Shown here piece after piece: positions 1 to 12,059 of a DNA stretch of 64,000 nucleotides. The DNA is taken from NCBI GenBank assembly GCA_030704615.1, contig CM060733.1, positions 33,666,001 to 33,730,000 on the forward strand. Reading direction: 5' to 3'. This stretch comes from Takakia lepidozioides (Eukaryota > Plantae > Bryophyta). The stretch's first letter is position 1; each line of letters opens with the position of its first letter. Below the pieces are notes generated by a model. That model did not search any database. It saw nothing but the letters and a program-made list of their open reading frames with translations, and was not told where the DNA came from. The translations under genes and the position numbers were made by a program.

Positions 1-560
1 TACTTTCGTCAAAGCTGGAACTGTACCAGATGCAATACCTCGTGGACATGTATACCAAACGTGGGAGCATTCCTTTGTGGACAGGGAGTGTTCAACAATA
101 TGGCTGAGCGAAATGTGGTGTCGTGGAACGTGATGATCGCAAGACATGCACAACAGGGGTGGGGATTGCAGGTTTTGGAGACCTATGAGCAAATGATGTG
201 GGAGGGGGTGAAGCCCGACCACATTACGTGTGTTTGCGTTTGCAGTGCATGTGCGAGCCTGCTAGAGAAGGGCAAAGATGTCCATGGTTGCATTGTCAAA
301 GCTGGAATTGTGGCAGATGTCATTCTGAACAATACCCTTGTGGACAGGGAGTGTTCAACAATATGGCTGAGCGAAATGTGGTGTCGTGGAACGTGATGAT
401 CGCAGGACATGCACAACAGGGGCGGGGATTGCAGGTTTTGGAGACCTATCATGAGCAAATGATGTGGGAGGGGGTGAAGCCCAACCAGATTTGATGGAGA
501 AGGGCAAAGAGGTCCATGGTTGCGTCGTCAAAGCTGGAATTGTTGGAACGGTGAACATTG
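1..560 (+). pseudogene. PLS-class PPR gene remnant with internal duplication and deletions
   Basis: Motifs VFNNMAERNVVSWNVMIA, EGVKPDHIT, CSACASL.LEKGKDVH are split across frames. The block at ~76-215 is duplicated at ~338-482. Confidence 0.85.
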
Positions 561-1439
561 ATGGCACAACCACAGCCTGTGGTAATTTCTTCATGTTCCA
601 TCTTCCCCTCTGATGGGACCTTTCAATCCCTCCAACCAGACTTTGGCACATTCATGTCAGATTATTGAGAACTTCACTCTAAGATGTATATGCTATGCCA
701 GTGAGGGCAGGCAGAACATACCCTCATTGACCCTTCTGTGTCAAATCCAGTGGAAGTAATCTGTGAACTGACTGTATCCCCGACCATCTTATCCTTCGTA
801 GCCCATGTCTCTTGCCCACAAATCTGAATGCCATTGATTTGAATTTCTACAAGGTACCAACCCTCTAATTGTCAGCTAGTGTTGTTGATCTGCTTATACA
901 TGTGTGCATTCATGTGCAGGACATGCGATCATGATCTCTTGTAAGGAAGGAGGCAGAAGGTGTTGGGGCAGAAAGAGGCATGCTATGGACAATCAGCAAG
1001 GAGGAAGGTGTGCTCGGTTTGTCACATTTTTGGATCCATATATATGCAGTGGGTAGTTGGGGTACTTGGGCTACCGTTGAGAGATTAGATTCTTTGAAAC
1101 TCTCCACTTTTTTGTTGATCTGGAGGCACTGGACAGACTTGAAACATGGAACCATTGTCCATTGTCTTTCTATTATATTTTTCATCAATTGTCGAATCTT
1201 TATTTACCCAATTGGCTCGTGACACCATGTATTTGTGCAAAATAATATATTCTCAATATAAATGGTATTATATTTGAATATATATAAATATACTAATTCA
1301 GTAAACATACAATACAAATTAAACCATTGTCCCCTCTTCTTTGAAAAATAAAATATAAAAATATAAAATAAAAATAAACAGAAAACAAATGCACTATTAA
1401 GGTAAATATTACAAATTCCATCCAGTTAGAATACTACAT

Positions 1440-2141
1440 GTGGAGTAGAGATGGGTCATGCCCATGACTCAACTAGGTGCCAATAGCCATGCAAAGCGTG
1501 ACACGTGTCCAATCATATTCAAGAACTCAAACCAATGAGGCCATGCTCATGATGCAAATACCTTTCACATTTCAAATTCAAACCATACACTATGCGCCAC
1601 GTAGCCACTCAATGGGACTTGAGTCAGATACACGACCACCTAAAGTTAAACAAATGGTCATTCTCATGACCAAAATGGTCATGCTCATGACCAGGTTAGT
1701 TTCCCCATTCCTACCAGAAACCATACAGAGCGCGCTCCGTGTCCGGGCACAAATGCATCTACAGTTAGATCCATGACTCTCGAAAAAGTTGCTAGATTTC
1801 AACGCGTGGTATTGCTGAACGTGAACGCGTGGTACGTTGTGACATGCGTGCGAGATAGCATCGTCCCTACACCTGTCATCATCTGAAATTGACACATCGC
1901 AGTTCAGGGAGAGTCGTGTGTTGTTAGGAAACGGTCACGGACGTGACGAAAAATAGGGTCATGTATCTTACTCACTAGGGGATGTCACCTAGAGTCATAT
2001 TCACGACGCGGATATTAGAGTCATCGTAACGACACGGTCTGCATGACTCTTTTCAAAAGAGTAAAAAAAGAGTCAAAATGACCAAAAGAGTCATGAAAAC
2101 AGTCAAAAAAAATGTCATGAAACCCGTTTTTTGTACTAGTG
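1440..2141. mobile_element. CACTA (En/Spm) element terminus; inner boundary approximate
   Basis: Ends in ...AACCCGTTTTTTGTACTAGTG (reverse complement CACTAGTACAAAAAACGGGTT) at 2141, preceded by dense GAGTCA/ATGAC subterminal repeats. No partner end was found. Confidence 0.55.
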
Positions 2142-3154
2142 TACCCTAGGCCTAGATCTCCCAAACATGAGGGTCTCTAAATACATACTTGGACATAGAT
2201 GACACTCGACACTTGGGCCTCTACACGGGATAGGCACTTGGATATGTAGGGAATTGTACTTGGACTTAGATGACATTGGACACTTGAGGTCGCGCTTGGG
2301 CCTCCACGTGGGAAAAACACTTATGGATACATAGGAGATTGCACTTGGGCTTAGATTTCAATTCTTCACACATGGGCCAATGGCACAGGCTACCTTAGGC
2401 CTAGATCTCCCAAACATGAGGGTCTCTGGATACATAGGGGATTACACTTGGACTTAGATGACACTGGACACTTGGGCCTCTACATGGGAGATGCACTTGG
2501 ATACAAGAATAGAAGATTACACTTGGGCTTAGATGGGCCTCGACATAGGAGACATACTTGGATACATAGGGGATTGCACTTGGATTTAGATGACACTGGA
2601 CACTTGGGCCAATGGCACAGGCTACCCTAGTCAATATATGAATCGAGACGTTTGTTTTGTTTTGTTTTGTAGCGTCGTTGAGATCTCCCAAACCGCGGGC
2701 CCAACGCGGGTGCTTGGTGTCGTTGGAAAGCCCTCGGTGAGGAGGGGTGCACCAGCTTGGTCTCATGATTTTTGGACCAATGGTGTGGGAGATATGGAAT
2801 TTCAAGTGCTTTGGGTCGTTGGAAATTCGAGAAAAATAGCAAAGTGGGCTTTCCTAGAGCAATGATTGGCCCTTCATGTGGGAGATTTGGAATTTCAAAT
2901 ACTTTTGGTCGCTGGAAATTAGTAAAAAATAGCAAAGTGGATATATCGATATATGAAGCCTCGATAGGGGAGATTGCAAAACTAGCAAAGTGGACAATGA
3001 TAGAGATCGCCCAAACTATAGGTCTTTGGATACATTGGGGATTGCAGTCGACACTGGAGGTTGGACTTGGACCTCTACATGGGAGATGCACTTGGATACA
3101 TGAATAGAAGATTGCACTTGGGCTTAGATTTCAATTTTTCACATATGGGCCCAC

Positions 3155-3921
3155 GGCGGGGATTGCTAAACCGTGAGCAGAATCCGTGAGCAGAATTCTG
3201 CTCACGCTTCTGGATGTGCTCACCTATAACCGCGGATACCTATTCGGCTTAGAGGACCTATTACTGCGGGTAGTGTCCATGCATACCAATTCATCGTTAT
3301 GGATGAATGACGGATGAATGATGGATGAATGGGCGATGAATGTATGTTGGACGAATGGCACATGGATGAATGTAGTTTGTGGTTGAATACAAAATTAAAA
3401 ACCATTTTTGAGTAGTGGTTGCCAAATCCCCCGAGCTCCAGAGTGAACATCTGCCAACTGCAGAGGGTTGTGGTTGTCTTTTCACCAAGTATCCTAAGTC
3501 AAGAGAGATGCTGACACCCAATTGCAAAGAAGGTGGAAAGGCCGTTTGGTGCTTTAATATAAATCGTTTGAAAACAGTCGATTCATTCTGACGAAGAATA
3601 TCCATTGCTACTGGAGTCAGAGTCCAAAACGAAGGCAGAACTGTCTATGAAGACACCAGCCTTGCTCTGCACAAAATCCTCTCTGTCGTAAAGCACAGGA
3701 GCGAGAGAAGAGAGGAGACTAAATTTGCAAGCTGCAGCCTCCGCATAACATGACATCTGTAACGTCTTCTGGTGTGCTATTTGGGGTGAGTGGCATCTAC
3801 AAATTGTTCGGACCACATAACTTATGATTTGTTGTCATGTCCTTCTTCTATGTGACCAGAAATCCATGTTGGGTAACGCTAGGTCTTTTGCTTGCAAAGG
3901 GTTGGGTTCATTTGCAAGTTT

Positions 3922-3957
<36 letters not shown>

Positions 3958-4174
3958 CCCGAATGTGCCAGATTAAGGTGTCGTCAACGACACCTTAATC
4001 TAGCTAGTCTTTTGGTGTGTTATTTGGGGTGAATGGCATCTACAAATTGCTCGGACCACATAACTTATGATTCATTGCCATATCCTTCTTCTATGTGACA
4101 AAAAATCCATGTTGGGTAAACGCCAAGTCTTTTGCTTGCAAAGCAGAGGTTGGGTTCATTTGCAAGTTTATATA

Positions 4175-4206
<32 letters not shown>

Positions 4207-5696
4207 CTCGAATGTGCCAGATTAAGGTGTCGTCAACGACACCTTAATCTGGCTAGTCTTTTTGGTGTGTTATTTGGGGTGAATGGCATCTACAAATTGC
4301 TCGGACCACATAACTTATGATCCATTGTCATATCCTTCTTCCATGTGACCAAAAATCCATGCTGGGTAAACGCCAAGTCTTTTGCTTGCAAAGCAGGGGT
4401 TGGGTTCATTTGCAAGTTTTCCCAAAAAATAAAAATAAAAATAAAATGTTTTTATATTTATTATATTTATTATTTTATTATTTTATGTTATGTTATTTTA
4501 TTTTTCCCCGAATGTGCCAGATTAAGGTGTCGTCAACGACACCTTAATCTGGCTGGTCTTTTGGTGTGCTATTTGGGGTGAATGGCATCTACAAATTGCT
4601 CGGACCATATAACTTATGATTCGTTGCCATGTCCTTCTTCTATGTGACCAGAAATCCATGCTGGGTAAATGCCAGGTCTTTTGCTTGCAAAGCAGGGGTT
4701 GGGTTCATTTGCAGGTTTTCCATATTTATTTATTTATTATTTATTATTATTTTGTTTTTCCCCGAATGTGCCAGATTAAGATGTAGTCAAATCTGGCTAG
4801 TCTTTTGGTGTGCTACTTGGGGTGAATGGCATCTACAAATTACTCGGCTTATGATTCGTTGTCATTTTCTTCTTCCAGGTGACCAGAAATCCATGTTGGG
4901 TAAACGCCAGGGCTTTTGTTGCAAAGCAAGGGCTGGGTTCATTTGCAAGTTTTCAAAAAATAATAATAAAATATTTTTATTATTTTTATTATTTTATTTT
5001 CTCCGAATGTTCCAGATTAAGGTGTCGTTGGTGTGCCAGATTAAGGTGTCGTCTTCTCGTGTGCTATTTGGGGTGAATGGCATCTACAAATTGCTCGGCT
5101 TATGATTAGTTGTCATGTCCTTCTTCCAGGTGACCAGAAATCCATGCTGGGTAAACGCCATGTCTTTTGCTTGCAAAGGGTTGCCAAGTTTTCCAAAAAA
5201 ACAAAAAAACAAAAAACAAAATATTTTTTATTTTTTATTTTTTCCCCTCTGAATGTGCCAGATGAAGGTGGCGTTGACGCCAGCTTGATCTGGCTGGTCT
5301 TCTGGGCCGGAATTAAGCTTCCGCCATTAAAATACATTTATTTAAACTCAACAACACATGGATCTCTGCGCACATGCTGATCGGTAAGGATACATGTTGT
5401 TGCAATCATCCATGGTTCACTTATCTAGGCAATTTTTCATCCGACACTCATCCAATGTTCATCCATTCCCTTTCACATTCATCCGTCAGTTTTTCATCGC
5501 ACATTCGTGCCACATTGTCGTCATGGAGCCTGTCTGTCTTCGGTCTGATGGAGAGAAGATTGTGTCGGTTCAGTGGAGTTTGTGTCCACGGCAATAGGCC
5601 CACTTGTTCCCTCGCTTTTAGGGTCCGCATCAATAATTTGCTCATGCTTGGGGGAATCTGCTCACGGGTTCTGCTCACGCCTTTGCTGCCCTCGCC
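3155..5696. mobile_element. Non-autonomous TIR element, PIF/Harbinger-like
   Basis: Imperfect ~44-bp TIRs: GGCGGGGATTGCTAAACCGTGAGCAGAATCCGTGAGCAGA versus the reverse complement of the right end GGCGAGGGCAGCAAAGGCGTGAGCAGAACCCGTGAGCAGA. 3-bp flanks CAC/AAC. Removing the element restores the host motif GGGCCAAYGGCAYAGGCTAC seen at ~2374. Inverted GGATGAA/TTCATCC subterminal repeats. Confidence 0.7.
3764..5305. repeat. Tandem array of six ~240-300 bp units with a terminal hairpin and a variable AT-rich tract
   Basis: Conserved core GGTGTGCTATTTGGGGTGAATGGCATCTACAAATT...CATTTGCAAGTTT, then an AT-rich tract, then GCCAGATTAAGGTGTCGT-CA-ACGACACCTTAATCTGGC (3967-4004, 4216-4253, 4516-4553; altered in units 4-6). 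Confidence 0.9.
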
Positions 5697-6019
5697 AACG
5701 GCATAGGCTACACTAGAGGTCGCACTTGGGCCTCAACATAAGAGACGCACTGGGATACATAAGAAATTGCACTTGGTCTTAAATGACAGTGGACACTTGG
5801 GCATCTATATGGGAGATGCACTAGGATATATAAAAGATTGCACACTAGGCTTAGATGGGCCTTGATAAGATGGAAAAAACAAGGTGAAATGTGTTGAATA
5901 CCAACCATGAACATTACCATACCAAATGTACAAACCAAGTTACAACCTCAATGTAGCTACTCCCTCACAAGTTTCTGACATCTGTCCTTACATTATTTTT
6001 GTTCATCCCTCCAACAAGG

Positions 6020-6564
6020 CTCAGCATAGTAGTGGATAGCATCACACAAGCTGCTGCCAATGCTTTTTGCCACCTGTTTTGCTACCTCCACATCTCCATG
6101 AAGTACAGGCACCAAGCAAGCCCTCCATACCCTAGGATCTAGTTGGATTGGCATTTTGCTACTATAAACTCCTCTACCTCATCTAATCGCCCTGCACGGC
6201 CAAGAAGGTCCACCATGCAACCAAAATGCTCCAACGTAGGAGTCAGGTCATGATCTCAAGCCATGGAATCAAATAATGAGGGCCTTCATCCATTAGGCCC
6301 ACATGGCTACATGGAGAGAGAACAGATATAAAAGTGACAACATCTGGCTTAGAGCCTTCCTATCACATTTGTTCAAATTTGTTCACACCCAGACTGAGCA
6401 CATCCTGCAATCATCATATTCCATGAGACCACATTTTGTGTAGTCATGTTGTCAAATACTCAGTGTGCATCATTCATTCTCCCGCATTTGGCATCCATGT
6501 CAACAAGGGCAGTTATCAGATGTGTGTATGGAGCAATTCCAACTTTGATGATCACAGAATGGAC
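6020..6564 (-). pseudogene. PLS-class PPR remnant (last repeats and E domain), truncated by a hAT insertion
   Basis: Minus strand reads VHSVIIKVGIAPYTHLITALVDMDAKCGRMNDAH*VFDNMTTQNVVSWNMMIAG, with E-domain remnants (HFGCMVDLLGRAGRL, LLGAC, GDVEVAKQVAKS). Contains stops and frameshifts. Confidence 0.85.
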
Positions 6565-7607
6565 CAGTGTTGGGCAGGTATGGCACTGAGATCATGACCT
6601 ACGGCCCCGGACTTGTCAATTTGGAAACACATTTAATGCCCGCCGGGCCTGGATTTTTTTCTTTTTAAAAGGAAACACCTAGGAGCAACAGCTCACAAAT
6701 CAGGCCCCTTGATAGTGAGAGGAGAAAATAACCTCTTTCCAAGTAACCTCGCCGTGAAGGCTTTCCGAAGGGACACATGCCCACGGAAGGGGGAGAAGAG
6801 CGTACCACACCCATCAAGTAGCAGATTTGACCCCAGAATCATTTGGGTGGCACTCAGTGCACTTACCAACTGAGCTACTGACAGTTGGTGGCCCGGACTT
6901 ATCACGAAACAAAGGTTTTTATTGCCCGGCGGGCATGCATAATCAATTATTTTTTCTTTGCCAGACATGGATTTAAGGGTTGGCTCTTGTAAAAGCCCGC
7001 AGGTCATATGTAAGGGCAGGTCATGAATTTTAGATATAATACATATTTATTTAATTTACTCCAATTCCTATTTTCAGAACAAAAATGAAAAAAAAAATCC
7101 CACTTAAATTAAACAATTAGTGTCTGGTTCAAAGCTTAAAAACAAGCAATAAATCCATAGCTTAATTATAGCAATCAGATATACGAGCATAGAGTCCATC
7201 TCAAAAATATGTCTCAAAAAGTCCAAAACTATCAATGAGTTCCTCATTTTCTTCAATGATGTTATCTTCCATTGCAAGAAACTTTGCAATATCTGAACTG
7301 GCCAATCCACCACCACCAACTGTGGTATCCATTCTTGGGTCGTCAAGCCAATTCTTCATGATCAAAATAATTTTCTCAAGGTTCTCAATGCGAACTGACA
7401 ACAACGCAAGCCTATGATGACACCCGCCATGCTGAATATACGCTCGGTCTCTATTAGAGATCCAACAACCCCAAGAATTTGACGTGCAAGAAACCCCACA
7501 TTTGGAAATTGTAGTTCATGATTTTTCCACCATAACAGTGGATCGCTCTCATCCCCAGACACCGCCAACCGTCTAAATAGAGACAATTCACCAATGGATG
7601 TTACCTC
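6565..7607 (-). mobile_element. 3' end of a hAT transposon (C-terminal dimerisation domain plus TIR)
   Basis: DPLLWWKNHELQFPNVGFLARQILGVVGSLIETERIFSMAG is a hAT dimerisation domain. Terminus CAGTGTTGGGCAGGTATG at 6565 lies exactly where the PPR remnant stops. Confidence 0.85.
6654..6892 (-). mobile_element. tRNA-derived SINE (family A)
   Basis: Minus-strand head has A-box TAGCTCAGTTGGTAAG and B-box-like GGGGTCAAATC, then a body and A-rich tail. The 3' part AAGGGGCCTGATTTGTGAGCTGT.GCTCC.AGGTG recurs at 41778-41820. Confidence 0.7.
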
Positions 7608-9446
7608 CAGTGTTGTACTGGTATGTGCCAATTGACCTGGGTATGTGCCTGGGTATGATTTAAGGTATCAAAGAACCAACCAATACTCGGGGGGTGTCGT
7701 TGAGCAAATACCCGGTTGTGCGTAGAACTCAGGGTTTAGGGAAAATGACGTAACCACCTACATACCATACCAGTCGCAGTATGGTTGCTAGCAAGGTTAC
7801 AATTGAGACCAATACTGAGGGGCGAGCAATTGAAGATGGGAGGGGTAGGTAGTATGATGTTAGGGCGCCCCATGACGATGAAGTTAAGAGAGGACTGGAA
7901 GTTTTGCAGCTGGCTCTTTTATGTTGTGAGGGCGCCGCAAAAGTTTGAGGAGATCGGTATTGGGGCGGAGGATTGATGCGCCGGCACAAGGAGGAGGAGT
8001 GAGGGTAAGAATCTGATCCCTACCCTCATTTATGTCGTTGTCTTTGCAGTGAAAGACATTTGCTTGCGTTTGAGCATTGCGAGCTGGGCTTGATCTGCCC
8101 CTGCTTGTTTTTAACTGTGTTTTCCCATGGAGGGTTTGAGCATTTCTGACTTTGATTTATCCCTTTATGATGAGGGGGATGAAACAAGAGTGACAACTGA
8201 ATCCCTTGATGCCACAACTGCGTCCCACACATCATCCCATCAAGAACCTGCTGGCAGCCCGGACGAGGTACATCAGGCGGAGGAGGAGGCCATATGGAGA
8301 GTGTTGCTTTCGAAGATTGAGGATAATGCACGATCTTGGGTGCCTTTCCATCGCGCACCAGCTTCATTTGGGGCTTCTACTTGTTAGCACATGTTGGGGT
8401 CGAAATAGATGTCATTGCCACCCAAATGATGAGGTGCATATTGTGCCACCCAGCCCCTTATGTATCTGATGCTTCATCTTCAGCTTATAATGCCAATACC
8501 AGAAATCGAAAAGGCTTGGTTAAATACAACTCCGCTCACGGCAGTACATCAATGAAGAAACATCTTCACAATGAGCATGGGGCACAATTTTTCAAGTACA
8601 AATAGCACCTAAAGGCCAAGGAAAGAGTTGCAGAGGGTCGGCACAAATGTAAAAAACGTAAGACAATCCCTCGTTCTTCAATTACAGTTTTTTTCTATGG
8701 TGACACTAGTTATTCCAAAACTGACCATGCACAAATTAGATTCATAGAGGACCTCGTCCTCCATGTGGCAAAGGGCTATGAGGCCCTCGAGCATCAGTGG
8801 AGTCCCTTTGGCTAATTAGGAGGCTTGTCATGAGGAAAGACCCTAAGGTGAAATTTCCTACCCGCAAGCAATTTGGGGTTGGGCACATCCCAGACATGCT
8901 AGCTAAGACAATGGAAAGATATGTGTTGCATGGCCTTACGAAGTGTGCTACTGCTAGTGTCACATTTTGACCTCTGGATGTCAAGGACAGGGTTTGACAT
9001 TTTTTGCCTTGTGGTGAATTTTATTGATGGTGCTTGGCAGCCCCGTCATGTGACTATGGGCATATTTGAAGCACCAGACACTGCATGTGCAGCCTTGGCA
9101 AAAATTATGAAACCCTTATTGGCACAATACCAACTAACCAATAAGATATTGACGTATGTGAAGGATGAGGGTGCTAATCTGAATACATTGGCTTTAGCCT
9201 TTTCTACCGTGGTCACCTGTGATCCTCTGCAGCTTTCCAAGCCTTTTGCTGGAGCATGTTTTGGCCATGCCAACATGTTACAGCTGATGATAAGATGTGC
9301 ATCGGGATGACCCATGTGAGCTTAAAGGAAGCCCAACAAGCCTTGCAGAAGACCATAGCATGGACGAAGAAGAGCGGCAAAGGGAGGCATGAATGGGATA
9401 AGACATGTAGGGATGCGGGATTGCGTCCCCGAAAATTGAAAACCCA

Positions 9447-10620
9447 TGTCGTGCACCTAAGCATCATGCCACAACATACATCGCTATCCAACCACACTTC
9501 CTAGCATATAGTCCTAAAAAGCTATACCACAATAGATACGGAAATGGTGAAAAGAGATGAAACCCACTCTATCACGTTACATAAGTCAAGCCAATGGCAC
9601 CTTTGCTAAATGACTCGAGGGTGAATGCAGGGTTGACTGGACCAAAATAGATGTTAATGGCACAGTTTTAAATGACTGCAATTGATGGTGTCATCAATTG
9701 AATTTGAATTAACTCATTAAAACGAGAAAATATATATGTCATTGGATTCCTAGCTTCAATACGTACAGCAACTCTCCAATCATGAATTCGATAAGAAATG
9801 ACTCCGCTATGGACTTTCGAACACCGTCATTGTGGACTGTTACCGGAGTGAATGAAATTACAATGGACTCAAGTTCTTATATGTGCCATTGGTGAATTCC
9901 ATTGAAATATGGATATATGGTGGCCATTTTGGTCCACATCATAGGTATGGATTTGAAGTGGCAAAATCATTTGTCATTTGACTCATATGGACTAATATAT
10001 GTAAAAAAAAATAGACATTTTTTGAAAAGTCCATAGCTCATCTTGTTTTTGGATTTTGGGTGTCATTTTTTTCTAGAGGTAACCTATAATCTTCAATGGC
10101 TAGGTGGCATATTGAAATGTTTTTGTAAACTATCATTTTTAGTTTTTCATAATTTCTCTAAATAAAAGATTAAAATATTTAATAAAATCTATCTTTAATA
10201 TTTGGGGTATGTCTCTTTACTAAATATGTTCAACATACCATTATCTATCACTAAAAAACAATTTGGATAGTATCCTCAACTTTTGTTTTTTTGGTCATGG
10301 ACTTTCATGGAGCAGGATCTGTCGTTTTTGGTCTACTCAACCCTGCAACTACCCTCGACCATACAGACCTCACCCACTCTTCATCTCAAGTACTAGAGCT
10401 ATGGCGGCAAGAGAGCTTTCGGGAGGCTCAACTAGAAGAAGATGAGTCTTCCTGCACATCACATGGAGATAAGCCTCTCCACATCCTAAATAAGATTCGT
10501 CACCTCACTTGGCACATGGAACCAAATGAAGTCCCAATGCCCACAAAATACAAATAATGTATAAAGTCCTAATTAGTTAGAAATTGCTATTTCTAACTAA
10601 CCACAACCAAAACCATGACA
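9447..10620. mobile_element. Probable solo LTR (~434 bp without its nested MITE) inside the hAT transposase
   Basis: TGTCGTG...CATGACA inverted termini with ~5-bp flanks ACCCA/CCCCA. It splits the conserved KLKTP-VKTRFAS motif. Confidence 0.7.
9619..10354. mobile_element. MITE, 736 bp, ~30-bp TIRs starting GGG, 4-bp TSD TCGA
   Basis: Left GGGTGAATGCAGGGTTGACTGGACCAAAA; right TTTTGGTCTACTCAACCCTGCAACTACCC. TCGA at 9615-9618 and 10355-10358. A second copy lies at 35428-36174. Confidence 0.9.
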
Positions 10621-12059
10621 CCCCAGTAAAAACCAGGTTTGCAAGTAGGGTAGTTCTTTTCCAAGAGACGCAAGAATTTGCTAGTGCAATAAGTTTGTGT
10701 TATCGCAGGCAGTCCCTTCAATTGCAGTCTAGGGTTCCATGCAGGAAGACTTGGGCAGTGGCTAGGGCTGTGACAAAGACGTTAAACCCTGCGGTTAAGC
10801 AGTGCATCCTCAACCAAACACGCATATATTGGCTCATGTCTTACGCCGTGCAAACTACCATGTCCATCTCGGTGAAATTGCAAGCTGAGTATGACAGAAG
10901 GTGCGCAATTCGCCCACCCTTGTAATGTGGCGATGCGGACTTAGAGTCGGAGATTATGTACGGGAGGATGGTTGGGGAGGCCGTGAAAGTGTTGGCCCCT
11001 TTTTTGTCATTTGCCAAGACATTTCAGGCTGACAAATCACATTATAACATGATGGCCCTAATGCTCGATCCTAGGTACAAGGGACTTGCATGTGTCCGTG
11101 AGTTTGTGGGGTGGGAACGTGTTGTGCAGCTTGTGGCCGAATATGACCAGCAGTGTCTGGTGCCCATGCTTGTGAAAGTCGGCAATTTTCCTAAACCAGG
11201 GGCTGCAGCAGCCACCCCTGTGCCCTCAGCTCCAGTTACTGACTCTTTATTCGATGCTCATTTATCCCCTGTTGAGGCACCTGAGAGGCTGTTAGTTGCT
11301 GAGCTTTCATCTAAGGTGTGGTTTTTTCTTAATGTACGATGTGAAGAAGTTTGCCCATCTTGCAAATGTGGGCAATGTGAATAAGTAATCCACCTACCAT
11401 CACAAAGTTGGTGGTGACATTGTAAATCCGCTAAGATTATTAGGCTTCATGATGGGTTAAAAACAATTCCTCTCTTACTGGAGGCTGTAAGAAAAAGCAG
11501 AATCCACTATCGAATTTCTTGTTTCCACTATGATTTGTTCTCGTGTTGAAATAGCTATTGGAATTTGGATACTTGGCAACTTGACTGGAGTGAAGGCCGT
11601 ATGGGAGTATAGTGAACCCTTCCTTAGCCTTTCATTTGCAGGCAGGCAAGCTTCCCGGGACGGATCAGAAAAAGAAGATAAAAACAATGGAGAACAAGGG
11701 GATGGTACTCCCATCCCCTATTGCAAGCCCCAGTGGTGTATGTAGGCGATTAGCCCAACGACTGCAGTTAAGCTTGAAAATACATGAGCTGTCTTCATGC
11801 ACAAGTCTTGAACTATAATTATGTATGACAATGCATCATACTTCAAATCATGTATTTCCATACATGAAGTCATATCTAAATTCATGCACATTTCTTGAAT
11901 GGTGTATGTATGACAATGCATCAAACTTATTTTCATGCATTATTAATATTTTATTTCTATGCATAAAATTCATGAGTTTTCATGAGTATGAATCTTGAAG
12001 TCAATAATTACATCACCCAACAACCAGCTCAGGTGGTCGACTCAATGTTTGTTGACAAC

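Larger units (their letters stand above)
2142..5865. repeat. Degenerate minisatellite-like repeat (CACTTGG(G/A) units), interrupted by the insertion at 3155-5696
   Basis: Many CACTTGGGC/CACTTGGAT/GATTGCAC units at 2142-3154. The same pattern resumes at 5697-5865. Confidence 0.75.
7608..11310 (+). mobile_element. hAT transposon with degenerate transposase, nested in the minus-strand hAT and 3'-truncated
   Basis: TIR start CAGTGTTGTACTGGTATG at 7608. BED-finger-like RCILCH...STSMKKHL, FDLWMS, YVKDEGANL, CFGH, PRKLKT/PVKTRFAS, MALMLDPRYK. Multiple frameshifts. Confidence 0.88.

Noticed and set aside
3764-5305. CRISPR-like array (palindromic repeat with intervening sequence)
   Set aside because: The intervening DNA is itself conserved or low-complexity AT rather than unique spacers, there are no cas genes, and the context is eukaryotic.
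6825-6892. tRNA genes here and at ~17750-17822
   Set aside because: A and B boxes are present but there is no coherent cloverleaf. Both continue into a body and tail, so they were called SINE heads.
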